DNA of 64,000 nt from the NCBI GenBank assembly GCA_036172245.1, contig JAYWIR010000027.1, positions 1,054,001 through 1,118,000 on the forward strand. Direction: 5' to 3'. This DNA comes from Raillietiella orientalis (taxonomy: Eukaryota). The translations under genes were made by a program, and so were the position numbers. Of the stretch, positions 48,060 to 60,260 are shown one piece after another (the first letter of the stretch is position 1; every line of letters starts with the position of its first letter). The notes beneath the pieces are model-generated. The model saw only the letters and a list, made by a program, of their open reading frames with translations. It was not told the origin of the DNA and did not search any database.

Positions 48060-48430
48060 GAATGAGCGTTTTTCCCTAGATAATCCAAATAAATGCCTAC
48101 GGGAGTTTTGCCCGGGCTCCTGCAGGACTTTTTTATGAATCGGAGACTCCGGCGACCTCTCGCGCGCGCACTCGTCGCCGGCATCCAAGGCCTTCGGCGT
48201 GCGCAGTTTTTCGTTCCCCACCTCTTTGGTCGCCGAAGCCACTGGAGCGGGGAGCGGGCGCGCTTGCGCCGCCGCCTTCCTTGGAGCTTTCCCGTTGGCT
48301 TCACCTGCCAAAGAGCAGCCTTCTTGACAGGTCAGAGGGAAAGGCACCTGCCTTTTCCCTGAGCTCCATTCCTCCGTCCGCTGTGACCACTCCCCAAATG
48401 ACTTCTTCGCGTCCAGGAAGAAGGAACGTC
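48060..48430 (+). mobile_element. Decayed LINE RT fragment
   Basis: GLLQDFFMNR...QFFVPHLF resembles +.+FL.+R...G.PQG..L.P.LF. Confidence 0.35.
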
Positions 48431-48499
48431 TCTCGTGCGACCTTTCCCTACTGCTAGAAGGAGCCGTACGCCCGGGAAGAATGCATAGATGGCCTCGGA

Positions 48500-49290
48500 G
48501 AAGGAAGCAGGAAGTTAATTCGTCGCCGTGCAGTGACGAAACGTTGGGGACTCCACGACGTTCGCTCAAACTGCCATCGCAGCGAGGCGCGGCGATCTCC
48601 ATCTGGTGGACGCCCGGTGAGGCCAGGTAGCGGCCGCAACTGGGCCGAGGAGGATGGGAACACAGCCGCCACCCACTCCTTGCCGAGCGTCTTGTCCATC
48701 TGGGATCTCTGGTCCCACCGACATGCAAAAGCTTCCCCTTTGTCGTTGCGGTGCGGACACGCGGATGGCTCACCTCTCGGCTCGAGTACCCTTCCAAGGA
48801 GGCTGCAGGTCACCGGGTTCCCAAGGTCGCGCACCGACATGTCCCTTCGCCCTGCGGGAGGGGACGAGCCAGGCATCGACGCCTCACAGGTGGTTCCAGG
48901 TAGGACGAAACGCCGACACCCTCACATTCGCGATCGCCGCCTGTGGTGCCTCCATATCCGCCTTCCTCGGCCGCACCAAGGAGACGAAGCAGGAAAAAAG
49001 GGCGATCCTGGCCAGGTCACCAAGTGGCGTCCCGAAGCTGGCGACTTGATCTCACGCGCTGAGGGAAAAGGAATCTCGACATGGAATGGTAGAGGTGCGG
49101 CCCATTCGAAAACGAAAGGGTGGCATTCTGGAAGGCGCAGGCGCGGCAGGGAAGAGGAAAGGAAGATGTCGGGGCCGCGCGCCCTTTTCCTGTCGCTTCT
49201 GAGGTCAGCTCTCGGGACCACTTTTGGTCCATCGGGACGCATCCTGAGATTCCAAGGTCGACCATGTGCTGCAAGAGCTGCAAATTCCTT
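48500..49290 (-). mobile_element. Decayed L1/Tx1-like RT N-terminal half
   Basis: RDLGNPVTCSLLGRVLE (D..KAFD.V...L..VL-like) and ARQGVGGGCVPILL (RQG.PLSP.L-like). Confidence 0.45.
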
Positions 49291-49324
49291 GACCTAACGA
49301 GGATCAGTTTTTTTTTTTTTTACT

Positions 49325-49480
49325 GAGAGAGCAAAAGAGTCAGAATGAAGGAGTCAGGACCTTTGTGACCTTCACCATTCATGTCGAGCCCGTCTTCTTT
49401 CCACCTACATTCCCTGTTTATCTTTCTGGTCGGGATGCAAGAAGATGCTGCTATTTGACACAGTAGAGGCATCCGCTAGA
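49325..49480 (+). pseudogene. Short bunyavirus-like L remnant (PA-C-like)
   Basis: VFFPPTFPVYLSGRDARRCCYL aligns with GSYPPRFEPFFLGVAARDERCVTF at 7.95 kb. Confidence 0.45.
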
Positions 49481-49949
49481 CGTGCCAGCTAGGACTCCCC
49501 CCCCTCCTATTCCTCACATAGCCCAGACCTACAGAACCGAGTTGTCAGAAGAACACTAACCGTAGCACCCGCAGCGGCGCCGAAACTCGACCAAGCGAAC
49601 TCGGTGCACTGACTAACTCAAGACTGCGGATCCGAACCCCGGCCGTTCTCCATTCAATCAAAGCGTCACTTACGTCAGTAAGGAATACCCCCGACCCTTC
49701 TCCGATCCAGTCCCTCCGCCAGCAGAGATCAGGCTGCCTCCTCCAGAGGAACGGAGGGAATTCTCGCTTGACTCTTCTTATATAATCGCGATTTTATCCC
49801 GGAATAAATAAGCGACGGCGTCCCAGCTCTCAAGAGAAAGGGGAGTTCTCTTACTAGGGAAAAAAAAACAAAAAGACGGCAGTTTTGGGCGTCCCGGATT
49901 CTACATGCGTTTAAGGAGCCCCGGCTTGGAATGGGGCCACCAATGCTAC

Positions 49950-50190
49950 GCCTCCTCTCACCCAACTCCGAATCTGGAAGAAATTCCTAAGCAGGCGCTC
50001 CGATTGCTCCCTCATGCCAGCCGTTTGCTCTGAGCCACGAAAAAAAGGGCCATGTGAACGGCACTCGCAGCTGAAGATCGAATCGAACGATCGTCATCTC
50101 AGTGACGGCAGTGTCTTTCCGGCCCGTTTAGGGAAGAGGACGACAGGTGTTGCTGGATGAATGACACATCCCCACTGTTGCTAGAGAGAA
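49950..50190 (-). pseudogene. Possible L remnant spanning motifs C-E
   Basis: cac tga gat gac = H*DD, one substitution from HSDD, followed by WLRANGW...EFLP in another frame. Confidence 0.3.
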
Positions 50191-50239
50191 TTCTTGCTCC
50201 TCCTTTTTTTTCCTCCTCTTCTTTCCTTTTTTTGGGGAG

Positions 50240-50900
50240 GTTGCCGGGAACTACTGCCGTGGTCCAATCCAGTGCATCCTGATCCAGAACCCTTGACTTT
50301 CGACCTATCAGCGAGCGTTTCTTTCAGGGTTGAAATTTCTTGGAAAGAACCTACGTCACGGGTACGGCGCGAACGCTGCCTCAAGAGGTCCTCAAGGACG
50401 CACAGGATTTGCCCCACTCTCGAACCCGACCACCTCCGGTTGCCATCCTGTGGGCAGTTCCACGTCCACCCCTGTGGAGTGATGGAAGTCAGCGAACGGC
50501 TCAAGGGAGCGACTGGTGCCTCCACCACGCCCGCTGCTTCGCAGTGCTTCTCCTCCTACCGGACTGCGAGCCAGAGAGCAGCACCCTTTACGACGTTCGT
50601 CTCGTTGCCACCGGCGCCGGCGGAGTCCGGGAAGTTGCCACCACGTCGCCGAGGGACCGATGAGTGGCGACGCTCTTCGCATTCCGCGTAGCGAGAGCCT
50701 CCGTGCCTTGCCCCTGTGGGTGCGCCAGAAAGAGACCGGCAAGTGCTGCCACCTGCCTAAACACCTCACCCTCCCACGTTTCCTCTCACTGACGACCACG
50801 ACCCGGAAACCCCAGAGGGCGCTGCAGGCACTCACCGCTCTCATGAAAGTGTAGCCCGGGACGATTCCTCCGAGAAGGCCCTCGGTAGTCCCCTTGTCCG
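50240..50900 (+). mobile_element. Decayed L1/Tx1-like RT fragment
   Basis: LTFDLS, RPPPVAILWAVPRPPL and LPLWVR in RT-thumb order. Confidence 0.4.
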
Positions 50901-53900
50901 CCGTCTCCGTGCGCGCACCGGAGGAGCCAACGTGCAGTCTCCCAGGAGACAGCCCCGGTGCGCCAGCCCAGAAGCGTGGGAGGCGGATGGACATGTGCCT
51001 GCCGCCGCCGCCGCTGCTGCTGGTCGATCCGGAACGCAATCGATCCGCACGACCCCACTGAGCTCCCCTGATCTTTCACGACTCGTCCCAGAACCCGGGA
51101 TCATTGAATCATCTGCTCAGTACCAGTCCGCAGCTCGGATGCGCTCGCGTCGTCCTTCATATCTCCATTACGTTTTCCAGGATGCCGTGCACTACCATTC
51201 TGCCTGATGATGCATGCCGAAATGATCTCTCTAATCGATGATGGAGAGAATGCAATTACACGAACGACTTTGCTCACGTAATTCTTTCTTCCTCATCTTC
51301 CGGTTCGGTTCGGCTTCGGAAGAATCGTAAAGCGGCAGCACGGAGACCGTGTTGGCGGAGTCTGCTGGCGGCGCGGCGCTACACGAAGGCGCCACTGCTC
51401 ACCTGCAGCGACCTCGCGAGCCTTCAGCCCTCCTGCGATGAGATATCCAGGGGAGCGGCCATAGTTCCCGTCTAGGGCCCCAGAAAAAGGGAAGAGGAGA
51501 AGGAGGAGGAAGGAGGGGAAGAGGATGAGGAATAGAAGAAGAGGAGGGAAAAAACTGTCCATTTCCTCAGCTAATGACCACTTCAGAAGGATGGACACCC
51601 CTCCCCCCCTTGCGAACACGAAGATTGCTTCCTGCCTTCGATCGAAAGGAACTCTTTATGACTAACGATGGAGAACCCGCAATGGGCCGGCTGCTCATCG
51701 TGCCTCGGGCATTAATCAGTTATTCATTTCCTGGTGGCCGAGAGATCTGCGATGCCATAATAGGAGAGATTTGGAACCGACGGAGATTGGTACTGCGGTC
51801 GTTCACGAGGCGATTCGCGTTTGCATTCCATCGCAGCGTCTCTTCCCGTCCTGTGCAATTCTCGAGGAGACATCCGAGATGGAGCAGTTGAAGGATTCTC
51901 GCGATTTCTCCGGGCCGATCGAGATGAGACGCGCGAAGTCGACTAGGAGGCGGCGGCCCTCGGGCCCGGGGACCTCTCTGCGCGCGTCCTCCATTTTGCA
52001 TAGGGGGGCACGTGAGGGGCGCTCTCCTCGTGCTACAAACGCGTTCTGCTCTCTCGCAGCAGTCGACTCGGGAACGCGCTCCTCCCGAAGAGATTCGAAA
52101 GATGCACGAGGGCAGCAAAAGGTAACGAGGAGGAACGTCCGCAGATCCTCCTCCCCCTCCTCTCTCTCTCTCTCCCTCTTCCTCTGCCGAAAGCTGCTGG
52201 TCCTCAGGGACCTTCTCAGTGGCGCGCCGTGGTGGCTTCCGTCGGACGGTACTCCGCCGAGATTCGGGCCCGTGCCGTCTCTATCGGCAGGGGGCGGGGT
52301 TTCCACCTCGGAGCCAAGACTGATTTCCTGAGGGGGGTCGGCCTTGAAGCCATCAAAGAGAGTGCGCTCGCGTCCGAACTTTCCGGAGTTTCCACCTGTG
52401 CATCTCCCATCCTCCAATTTTTTTCTTTTTTTTTTCGAACGCCATGTTGCCGCTGCTGCTGTCATCGTATCCGCGATTTATGTACCACCACGGGAACCAC
52501 ACGTGACCGCATCGGACACCTCGCTCGTCTCTCGGCCACGCGCCACGACTCCGACGGACAAAGGGACGGGATAGGGAGGAATACTTTCGGGAAAATCTCT
52601 ACGCCCACACAACGCGGTCTCATGGACAAGGAGCGGGCAGTGTGCTCGCGTGAGCAGCTCTCTCGGCTAATGACGAATCGCTCGACGGATGGAGATGGGT
52701 TTTCCTTGGAGACCCCGGCATCGTCCGTCACAAGGCGACGATCCAGAATCCCCGGCACCTGGAGCTGTCGTGGACGGATCGCCTGGAGGGGGAGGAATCG
52801 AATTTCCCCCTTTTCTTCCCTCCCGGTGAGCAGATCCTGCGTGAGAGCTGCGTCCTTCTCTATGGAGGGACTGGGCGTGACTGACCGCCCTTTCGAAAAA
52901 TCCGCGGCGAGTGAGGAGGCCTGAGGTCAAAGGAGGCCTCCCCGACCGTGTTTCCTGTTTCACTTGGTCTTGTTCGCGCTATGATGCCGACGTTTGAGGC
53001 ACCTGCTGTCCTCCTCTTTTTTCCCTCCTTTTATTCCTTTCATCTTCTCCTCTCTTCCCCCTCCTCCCTCCCTCCCTTCCTTCTCATCACCTTCGTCGTT
53101 TAGTGTCGTCGCCCTTCCGTTTCGGGATCTTCATCCTAATCCTCACCATCACCATCGTCACGTCATCCCCGTCGTCGCCCTTCCGTTTCAGGGTCTTCTT
53201 GCCCTGTCAGCTCACAACACTAATGGATTCGCACCGTGCGCCAAGCCACCTCTTGGTCGCAGGAGGTCCCCTGGCACTTCCCCTCAATTCATCTGCGCTG
53301 CCCGCCTCCACATGCCCTGCCGTGCGAGCCGCCGCGCCCACCCCCAGGGAAAGGCAGGGATCTCGGGCGCAGGACGAGAGAGGGAGCGCTGCCGCACATG
53401 CGGTGTCGTTGCCAAGAGGCGGGGTGGTCCGGCGGGGAAGACGAAGGGGGCGGCGTGGGTGCAACAGGAAGTCTGGTGAACCGCGACGCGCCGAGCTCAG
53501 GGGTCCTCGGTTACCCCGAAAAAAGTCCCCGGTTCTCCGGCTCACTCCGAAGGGAAAACCGAGCTATCATCCAGGAGATCCTTCTAAGGTCGGTGACAGT
53601 GCTTCAAGAGGCGCGGAAGAGGGATGAGGGGCAGACATCGCGAACAGGTCCTCATCCGCACTGTGAGAGCGCAGGCGTCGGTTCGAGCACCCGTAAAAGG
53701 GGGGTTGCCCCGGGATTGCGACGAGGGCACAGCGAATCGGAAGCGCAGAGGTGCCGCCTTCCGTGTGCTGCAGGTGGGAAAGACGCGTTGGATGCGTATT
53801 CGGTCCCGGAGGAAGGGGTAGGACCGAGGGTTGCTCCTCAGAGGAAGAGGAGCTGGAGATGCGTCCGGAGAGCGCGAGTTAAATGCCCTGAATGCCTGTT

Positions 53901-54189
53901 GTGCTCTCGACGCAATAAGCCACGTGGAGCAGCAAGTGGAGCCTCGCCCCCCACATCTACTCGAGAGGAGGGACGGGTGCGAAACGCGCCGCCGACGCCA
54001 CGCCACGCCCCCGTCACACGCACCCTCCTTCATCCGTGTGGATATGTCGGACTGCGGGGCCCCACGGAATCTTCGTCGAGATAGGGCTCTCCCCCCCCCT
54101 ATGCTTTCACGTACCTAAGGCTTTCCCCCTCGATGCAATCTTCTTGCGGCTGCCGTACGGGTGACCTCCCTTCGCTGCGCGTGACGTCT

Positions 54190-55150
54190 GCATGATATGG
54201 CGGACTATGACGATGGCGCAGGCGGCGGAAAAGGAGTGGTCACTATCGCTGAGCCAGTAGTCGCAGCAGGTCACGGGCGGTGTCCTCCCGAAGTTCTCTT
54301 ATCAAACCTTCCTGCAGAAGGCTACGTGCAATCAGCTCAACTCCCTCTCGAGCTACGTGCTTTTGTCAGCGCCCACTAGATCTGAAGTCTTCTTTTCCGA
54401 TTTCAGAAGAAACTACTGGAGTGAGAGCAAATGACACACAGAGGTCCCACGCAGCAGCAGCAACCTCGTCTTGACGTCAGACACCCCGGTTTTTTCCCAG
54501 CAGCGGACAGAACGAAAATCCGAACCGCCGTACGGTGGTTTTGTAGGACAAGAGGAGACTCCGTTCGTCTCAGACAGACGCGCTGCTTGCATGACCACGA
54601 AATCGGAAAGCTGCGGATCGGATGCTGCTGCAGCAGCAGGAATTCTCGGCGGAAACTCCACATCCATCTGCGACCCTTTTTTTTTTGTTGTTGTTTTTCT
54701 CTCTTTCTGTCTGAGTTCGTTCTTGATTCACACGGTCTTTGCCCGCAGTTGCCTCGAAGAAAAACGAAAAACAAATGATTGCTTCTGTTCCAAGATGCTT
54801 CGGACTTTCGCTCCGCACTGCTGCCAGCAAGCAGAAGAAATATGGATGTCATCGTCCACAGCAGCTCGCAATCCAGAATCAATTGGTGTCTTCTTCCTTC
54901 CATTTATCCTTCTTCTGAGAGGAACATCCAGTAGCCTCGATTCCTTCCGCATCAAGGAGGATTACTCTTGTGCAGTCAGCTGTGGGTGCATATTTGTCCT
55001 TCCGGCATCCAACCCTAAACAGGAGACACTCGATTCGCCGTTCCGGTTTCTGAGGAGGACAGATGCTGCCAGGAGAGCCCGGAGTGACTCCCGGAAAATT
55101 TATCGTGCTCTCCCAGGCAGCTCGGAAGCCACGGGAACGAGGGAGTAGGT
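54190..55150 (-). pseudogene. Bunyavirus-like L remnant (PA-C end through motif B)
   Basis: In order: IFRESL...SCLGLDAG, KKTP, WQQCGAKVRSI, FVFRFSSRQ (F-like), PISWSCK, LVLQNHRTA (A position) and VELIARSLLQ/GRFDKRTSGGH (frameshifted motif B, cf. W.QG.+N+.SS..H). Confidence 0.6.
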
Positions 55151-55339
55151 CGCACCATTCCGCCTCGCAACCCGGCGGAACATCCGCTCCCGCGTTCTCC
55201 TGGGAAAGTCGCGCCGGCCAGTGATCCGCTCTGGGGATCGCCGACGGGCGGTTAAGAGACTTCTCTATAGGAAAAACGCCGCCGGCTGCGTGATGTAGCG
55301 CTTCCCCCCCCCCCTGTCTGCTTGGCTACGAAGCTTCCC

Positions 55340-55760
55340 TTCCTTGACACCTTCTTGCAAGCCCTGCAGTCTCCTCCCGCTGACGAGGGCCAGCCTCTTC
55401 GCCTATCGTCCGAGTCTTGAGGATACCCTTACCACACGGATGCAGATGGCCGTGCAGTCGGTTTTGAGTGGGTGGGGGACGTCGGATCTGCCTCCGGAAG
55501 GTGGCGAGCAACTTCCAGTGGCTCCAGGGCGCCCCCTCTCGCCCGGAGCAGCCAGCCTGCCGCACCCCTCCGCAAGTACCCGCTGGTTGCTAACTCTCTT
55601 CACCCGGTTGCTCCCGTTCCATCACCCGTCCTCAGAGGTGAGGTGGCAATTCCTCCCACCTTCCGTACCTCCTGCACGAGGGTGCCCTGTCTGGATGGTG
55701 GTGGCTCTCGCGCAGGCAGAAGGGCCGAACCGGACTGCGGGTCACATGGAGTGACCCGCA
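55340..55760 (+). mobile_element. Decayed LINE RT fragment (domains 5-7)
   Basis: SLFAY...TRMQMAVQSVLSGW resembles L+ADD...+Q.A+..+..W. Confidence 0.4.
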
Positions 55761-56799
55761 GTCCGCGAGAGAGTGCTCCCAGCAGAGAGCGCCCCACGGA
55801 GCCCAATTCCTCCCGACGCGAGGGTACGAGCCTCCCTGACCCGGGAGCTTCCCGACGAGGGATGCCCGTCCTGCCTTGAGCCGAGGATGCGCGCATGCGC
55901 GAGGTGATCTTCGTTCCTAAGTGCCTGCGCCGATCAGCGAGTCCCTGGATGTCGCCTTGTCTACCCGAGCTCCCGGCTCGCCCCTCTCCTTCGGGGAAGA
56001 AAGGGGAGGGGAACGCGCTCGCTTTCCTTACCCGCCGCTGCTGGGTCGCCGTTCGTCTCGTCCGCGAACGCGACGTCTCTTGGGACAGGTTCTGCTCGTG
56101 CTGGACGCCGGCAGATGCGTGCACCTCTGCTGCAATCCGAGGTCGTCGGCCTGGCCAGTGGGTAAAATCGAAGTGTCCCACTGATTTCTCAGCATGCGGG
56201 ATGCTGTCCGTTGTCGGCTGCTGGGGAGAGAGCAGATGCCTCCAGGAACGCCCTGAGTTAATTTACCGTCCTCCCTTAGCAGCTCGGGAATGCGGAAACG
56301 AAGAAGAAAGTCGGTCGCAACATTCCCGCCTCGCGATTCAGCGGGACTTCCGCTCCTTCGTCCGCAGAGCTTGTCTACAGACAAGGGAGCGAAAATCCAT
56401 GAGTTTCCCTAATGACTGTCTGACGTCATTAATTCATCCCGCAGAATGAATGTCCCCTCCGCCTTCGAGAGCATTACCAGCCGCCGGCAGAAACAAGACA
56501 GCTTTGCCCAATACAATCTTTCATTCACACTACCAATTGAATAGCTAATTAGTATGCTACCCACCAGAGAAGGGCATTCTCATGGCATCCAAGCCTCTCC
56601 ATGGGGGCGAGCCGCACAGCTCATCGCTGCGGATTGCTTTCTTTTGTGTTAGCGGGGATCATCCCAATCCAGAGGGTCTTCCCGAGTCATCTTAGAACTC
56701 TCTGAATTCCAACACTGGGCGTTCACTCACCACCGACCTTCTCTCGTGACGCCCGGAGGTCGCAGCGCTTCCTCCATCCTCCACTTAGCCATGCTGCCG

Positions 56800-57560
56800 C
56801 CTTTATATCGGTGTTAAGAGGGAAGAGGTGGTCTCCCTTGGCAGCACGGGCGGCGGCGACTCCAGCATTTCCCCCAAGATCAACAATTCCCACCGCGCGA
56901 TGGAAAACGAGGCGCCCCACACGCACGGAGCCGCAGCCGGAGACCCCGCAGAGGCGGGGGGGGGGGTCTCTGTGAGAATTCCCCAAGAAGGCTATGAGGT
57001 CTGGTGGTCCATCTGTCCCTATGGGCAGCCGGCGTAGAGGAAGGGCCGGCAATGCTTCGCCGGAGGGCAGGGCGGCACCGCAGAGTCCATGGAAACGATC
57101 CCGCACAGTGCTTCTGGAAGGCACTCTCATCGAAATGAATCCTTTGACCTATGCGGCGTCGGCCGTCTTCTGTCACGCGGGAATACGGAAGGGCAACAGG
57201 TCCGCCAGCGCCCTCGTTCGAGGAGCACCGAAAAAGACGATACCTGAAGGTAGAATAAAAGACAGTTGAGATCAGGACACGTGGTGGCCGGCAGCGGAGC
57301 AGCGTCACTTCTCCCTGCCCCTCGCCACCTCCACTCGGGACTGGAAATCACAGCCCTCTCATCGTGAGGCTGGACCGTCTCCTTTTCCCTTCCCCTCGCC
57401 CTTCCATCCCTGCAGACTCCAAGAATTCACCAGCCCTCCTTCCTCGTCTCCCTCTCCTGACCCGGCACACTCCGGTATGCAATGCACAGCCGGAAATTCG
57501 GGTCCTCAGAGACGCAGAACCCTTCCCTTTCCTCGCATCCCCGAACCACTCGCGCGCCAC
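56800..57560 (+). mobile_element. Decayed gag-like ORF1 of an I-group LINE
   Basis: ALVRGAPKKTIPEGRIKDS resembles G+++G+P....+.+I...L, and PLIVRL..LFP..RPSIP follows. Confidence 0.35.
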
Positions 57561-57565
57561 ATGGA

Positions 57566-58972
57566 GACCTGCAAACGCGAGTGCCGTCTGCGCGCCCAGA
57601 TCTTTCCTTTCGTGCGAGTGCCAGCTGCAGTCTTCTGGTACGCTAGTGGTGGGATGCTGGGAGGTCTCCGTGAAGGAGAAGGTCCCTTTCGTCCTGCCCC
57701 CTCACCGCGCCTGGAGAGCAGACTGCCTGTCACGCCACCCTCGGGGAAGCTGGCAACATCGGACCTCGCGCACCGTCTTCCACACTCTTCGGCAGGGCCT
57801 GTCCTCCTCCACTGCCGGAGACCACGGTTCAGGGGACGTCGGCTTCCTGAAGCACGCCCAAGGCGATGACTGCCCATGGAACTTGACCTCCGCGCGACGC
57901 GTGCGAGTGGCGATGACCCGAGAATTCACCAACGTAACTTTTCGTCCTGACACGCGTCCCGGAGACAATGGGATCATCTCGAGATTCCTTCGCGCTGAGA
58001 AAGGGGGATGAGATCCGGCGATGGGGTCTCCTAAACACACGGAACAAAATGCCTCCTCCTTTCCTCTTCCTTTTCCCTTCCTCTTCCTTATTCCTTTCTC
58101 TTCTTCTTCCCTTCCTCTTCCTCCTCCTTCTCTTCTTCCTTTTCCCTCCCTCTTCTTTTTCCCTTCCTCTTCCTCCTCCTTCTCCTCTTCCTCTTCCCTC
58201 CCTCTTCTTTTTCCCTTCCTCTTCCTCCTCCTTCTCCTCTTCCTCTTCCCTCCCTCTTCTTTTTCCCTTCCTCTTCCTCCTCCTTCTCCTCTTCTCTTCC
58301 CTTCCGCCTCCTCCGGCCCTCAAAAAAAAAGGCGTTGGGTTCTGGTCCACGAAGATCTTTGCGGGTAACGAGAAAAGACAGTCTTCCGGCATCCCCCTCT
58401 TGGCAGGAAGCGGTCAGGAAGCTGCGGAAAAAAATACATCTTCCTAGCTGAGAGACTGCCGGAGCAGCCTGTGTTCCCGAGCAAAGCAAGAAGTCGTGCA
58501 CGTCTGCGTCGCTAGACGATGGGCAGTCTGAGGGCTCCGTGGAGACGTAGGTCGTGCGGGGTGGCGCCACCAGAGAGAATTTGACCATACCTCGTCCCGA
58601 AGGAAGGGAGCCGCGTAGCGAATGGACGGATGCTACCCGTTCAAAAGCACGCCGTTTCAGAAGCGCGTGAAAAGGGGAGGGTGGGGGGAGGGGGGAAATG
58701 TTAGCATTGTAGCTACGAGCTCACTCTTTCGTTGCCGAGAGGGGAAAGCGAAGCATCAGTCCACGAGGAGGTCACCCGGTCGGTCCTTCGGAACGAACGC
58801 TGGGGCTCCAAGAAGAAGGGTGGCGTTCTCGAAGAGCCGGAAACTCCTGGACCTCAAGCGGGCCATCTCTCCAGGCTGGTGGTCTCAGTCCGATACTCGA
58901 ACCAGCGGCATCCGCTGGTTGCACCGGCTACGGGTGTGCCGACCCGTATGGTCGAAACATCGGAAACAGATG
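57566..58972 (+). repeat. 1.4-kb near-identical direct duplication, copy 2
   Basis: Matches 14240-15646. Confidence 0.95.
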
Positions 58973-59889
58973 TCCCTGTGCAACGCCGCCGTCGGACCGG
59001 ACAGGGCGTCGGAAACCCTCAGGCTCCGAGAGAAACGCTGCAGATTCGAATGCAAAGACGACCCAATAAGTGTATCGCGCCATGGTGCGCAGAGGTCGGT
59101 TCACGGGCAGCCTTGCGGGATGGAGGCGCCATCTGTGGCGTATCACCCTCCGCGAGTGTACGGGATGGCGCTGCCGAGAAGTGAATGCCGCCATCCACGC
59201 GCTTCGCTCGAAAGAGCTTCGAAAGCGAAAGCGATTTGGTGTCTCCTTGGACCCACTGCCATCTCTCCCGATCAAGATTTCGTTCTCCCTGTCCCTAGCG
59301 ATTTCTCCTCATCCTGCAATTTCCGTAGCGATCGCTCCCAGTCGTTCCCGCGTTCGCTGCTCCTGCGATGTGGCGCTTTCATCGCCTGCGCCCTGCCGCG
59401 CACCCGATTCTTTCGTCGCCGAAGAGTCCGGAAGACGGTGAGAGGCGTGCCTCTGAGTGGGGGGATCCGCGCTGCGGTCAGACGTGACGTTTCCCTGGTG
59501 ATCTGCTTGGTGCTCTCAGTTCGTTTCCCTGGGCAAATTGTCGCAGTCCTTCCCGGAACCATCCGGGAGTGGTTTCGAAGCATTCGTTCCTCCTCGGTAG
59601 GTCACACCAAGTGGGAAGGCAATAAAAAAAAAAAGAAAAAGGAGCAGAGGTTCTCCCATCGCCAATCCCCGTTTCGTGGGAGGCAGTCCTTGACGTCCGT
59701 TTTGTTCCCTCTGTTTCCGCATTCGTTTCCAGGGAGAACTGGAAAAGTATTCTGATGGCGTTGCTGCTTGAGGACCGGGGAGAAGGAGGAGGCTCTGATG
59801 AATGTGGCAGCCACTCCCACCTCGTTTGCTCCCGCATCGACCGAAAGGACGCCGGCTTTACAGGCGACCGGCAAACGGGTGGGCCTCGA

Positions 59890-60260
59890 TATCCCCATCC
59901 ATCAACGTACAATCCAACAACGTACAATCCAATTTCCATTTCACATACATTCATTATGTATATTCATATGTATTCCATCTATTTTTTATAATATTTAATA
60001 GTATTAATAATAGGTCAATGCACATTTTTATTTATTATAATAATCTGCATGTTAATAAATATGTATGTTAAAATAATATTCATGTTAATAATATGTATGT
60101 TAGTATAAGCACATATTTCAAAAAAATTTGTATAATAATCTGTATCAATGTAATAAGCACGTGTATTCGTTTTTGATAATCATCATAATGTACATTAATC
60201 TACATATACATATTTACATTAGTACCCATAATGAACCTCTATTTATTTTTTAGAGAATTC
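59890..60260. repeat. AT-rich repeat related to 8604-9150, preceded by a 15-bp tandem (caacgtacaatccaa x2)
   Basis: aataagcacgtgtattcgtttttgataatcatcataatgtacat vs aacaagcatatatatttattatttataatcttcataatatacat at about 8890. Confidence 0.65.

Noticed and set aside
49620..49645. B-box-like GGTTCGGATCC on minus strand (tRNA/SINE)
   Set aside because: No A-box at proper spacing and no cloverleaf.
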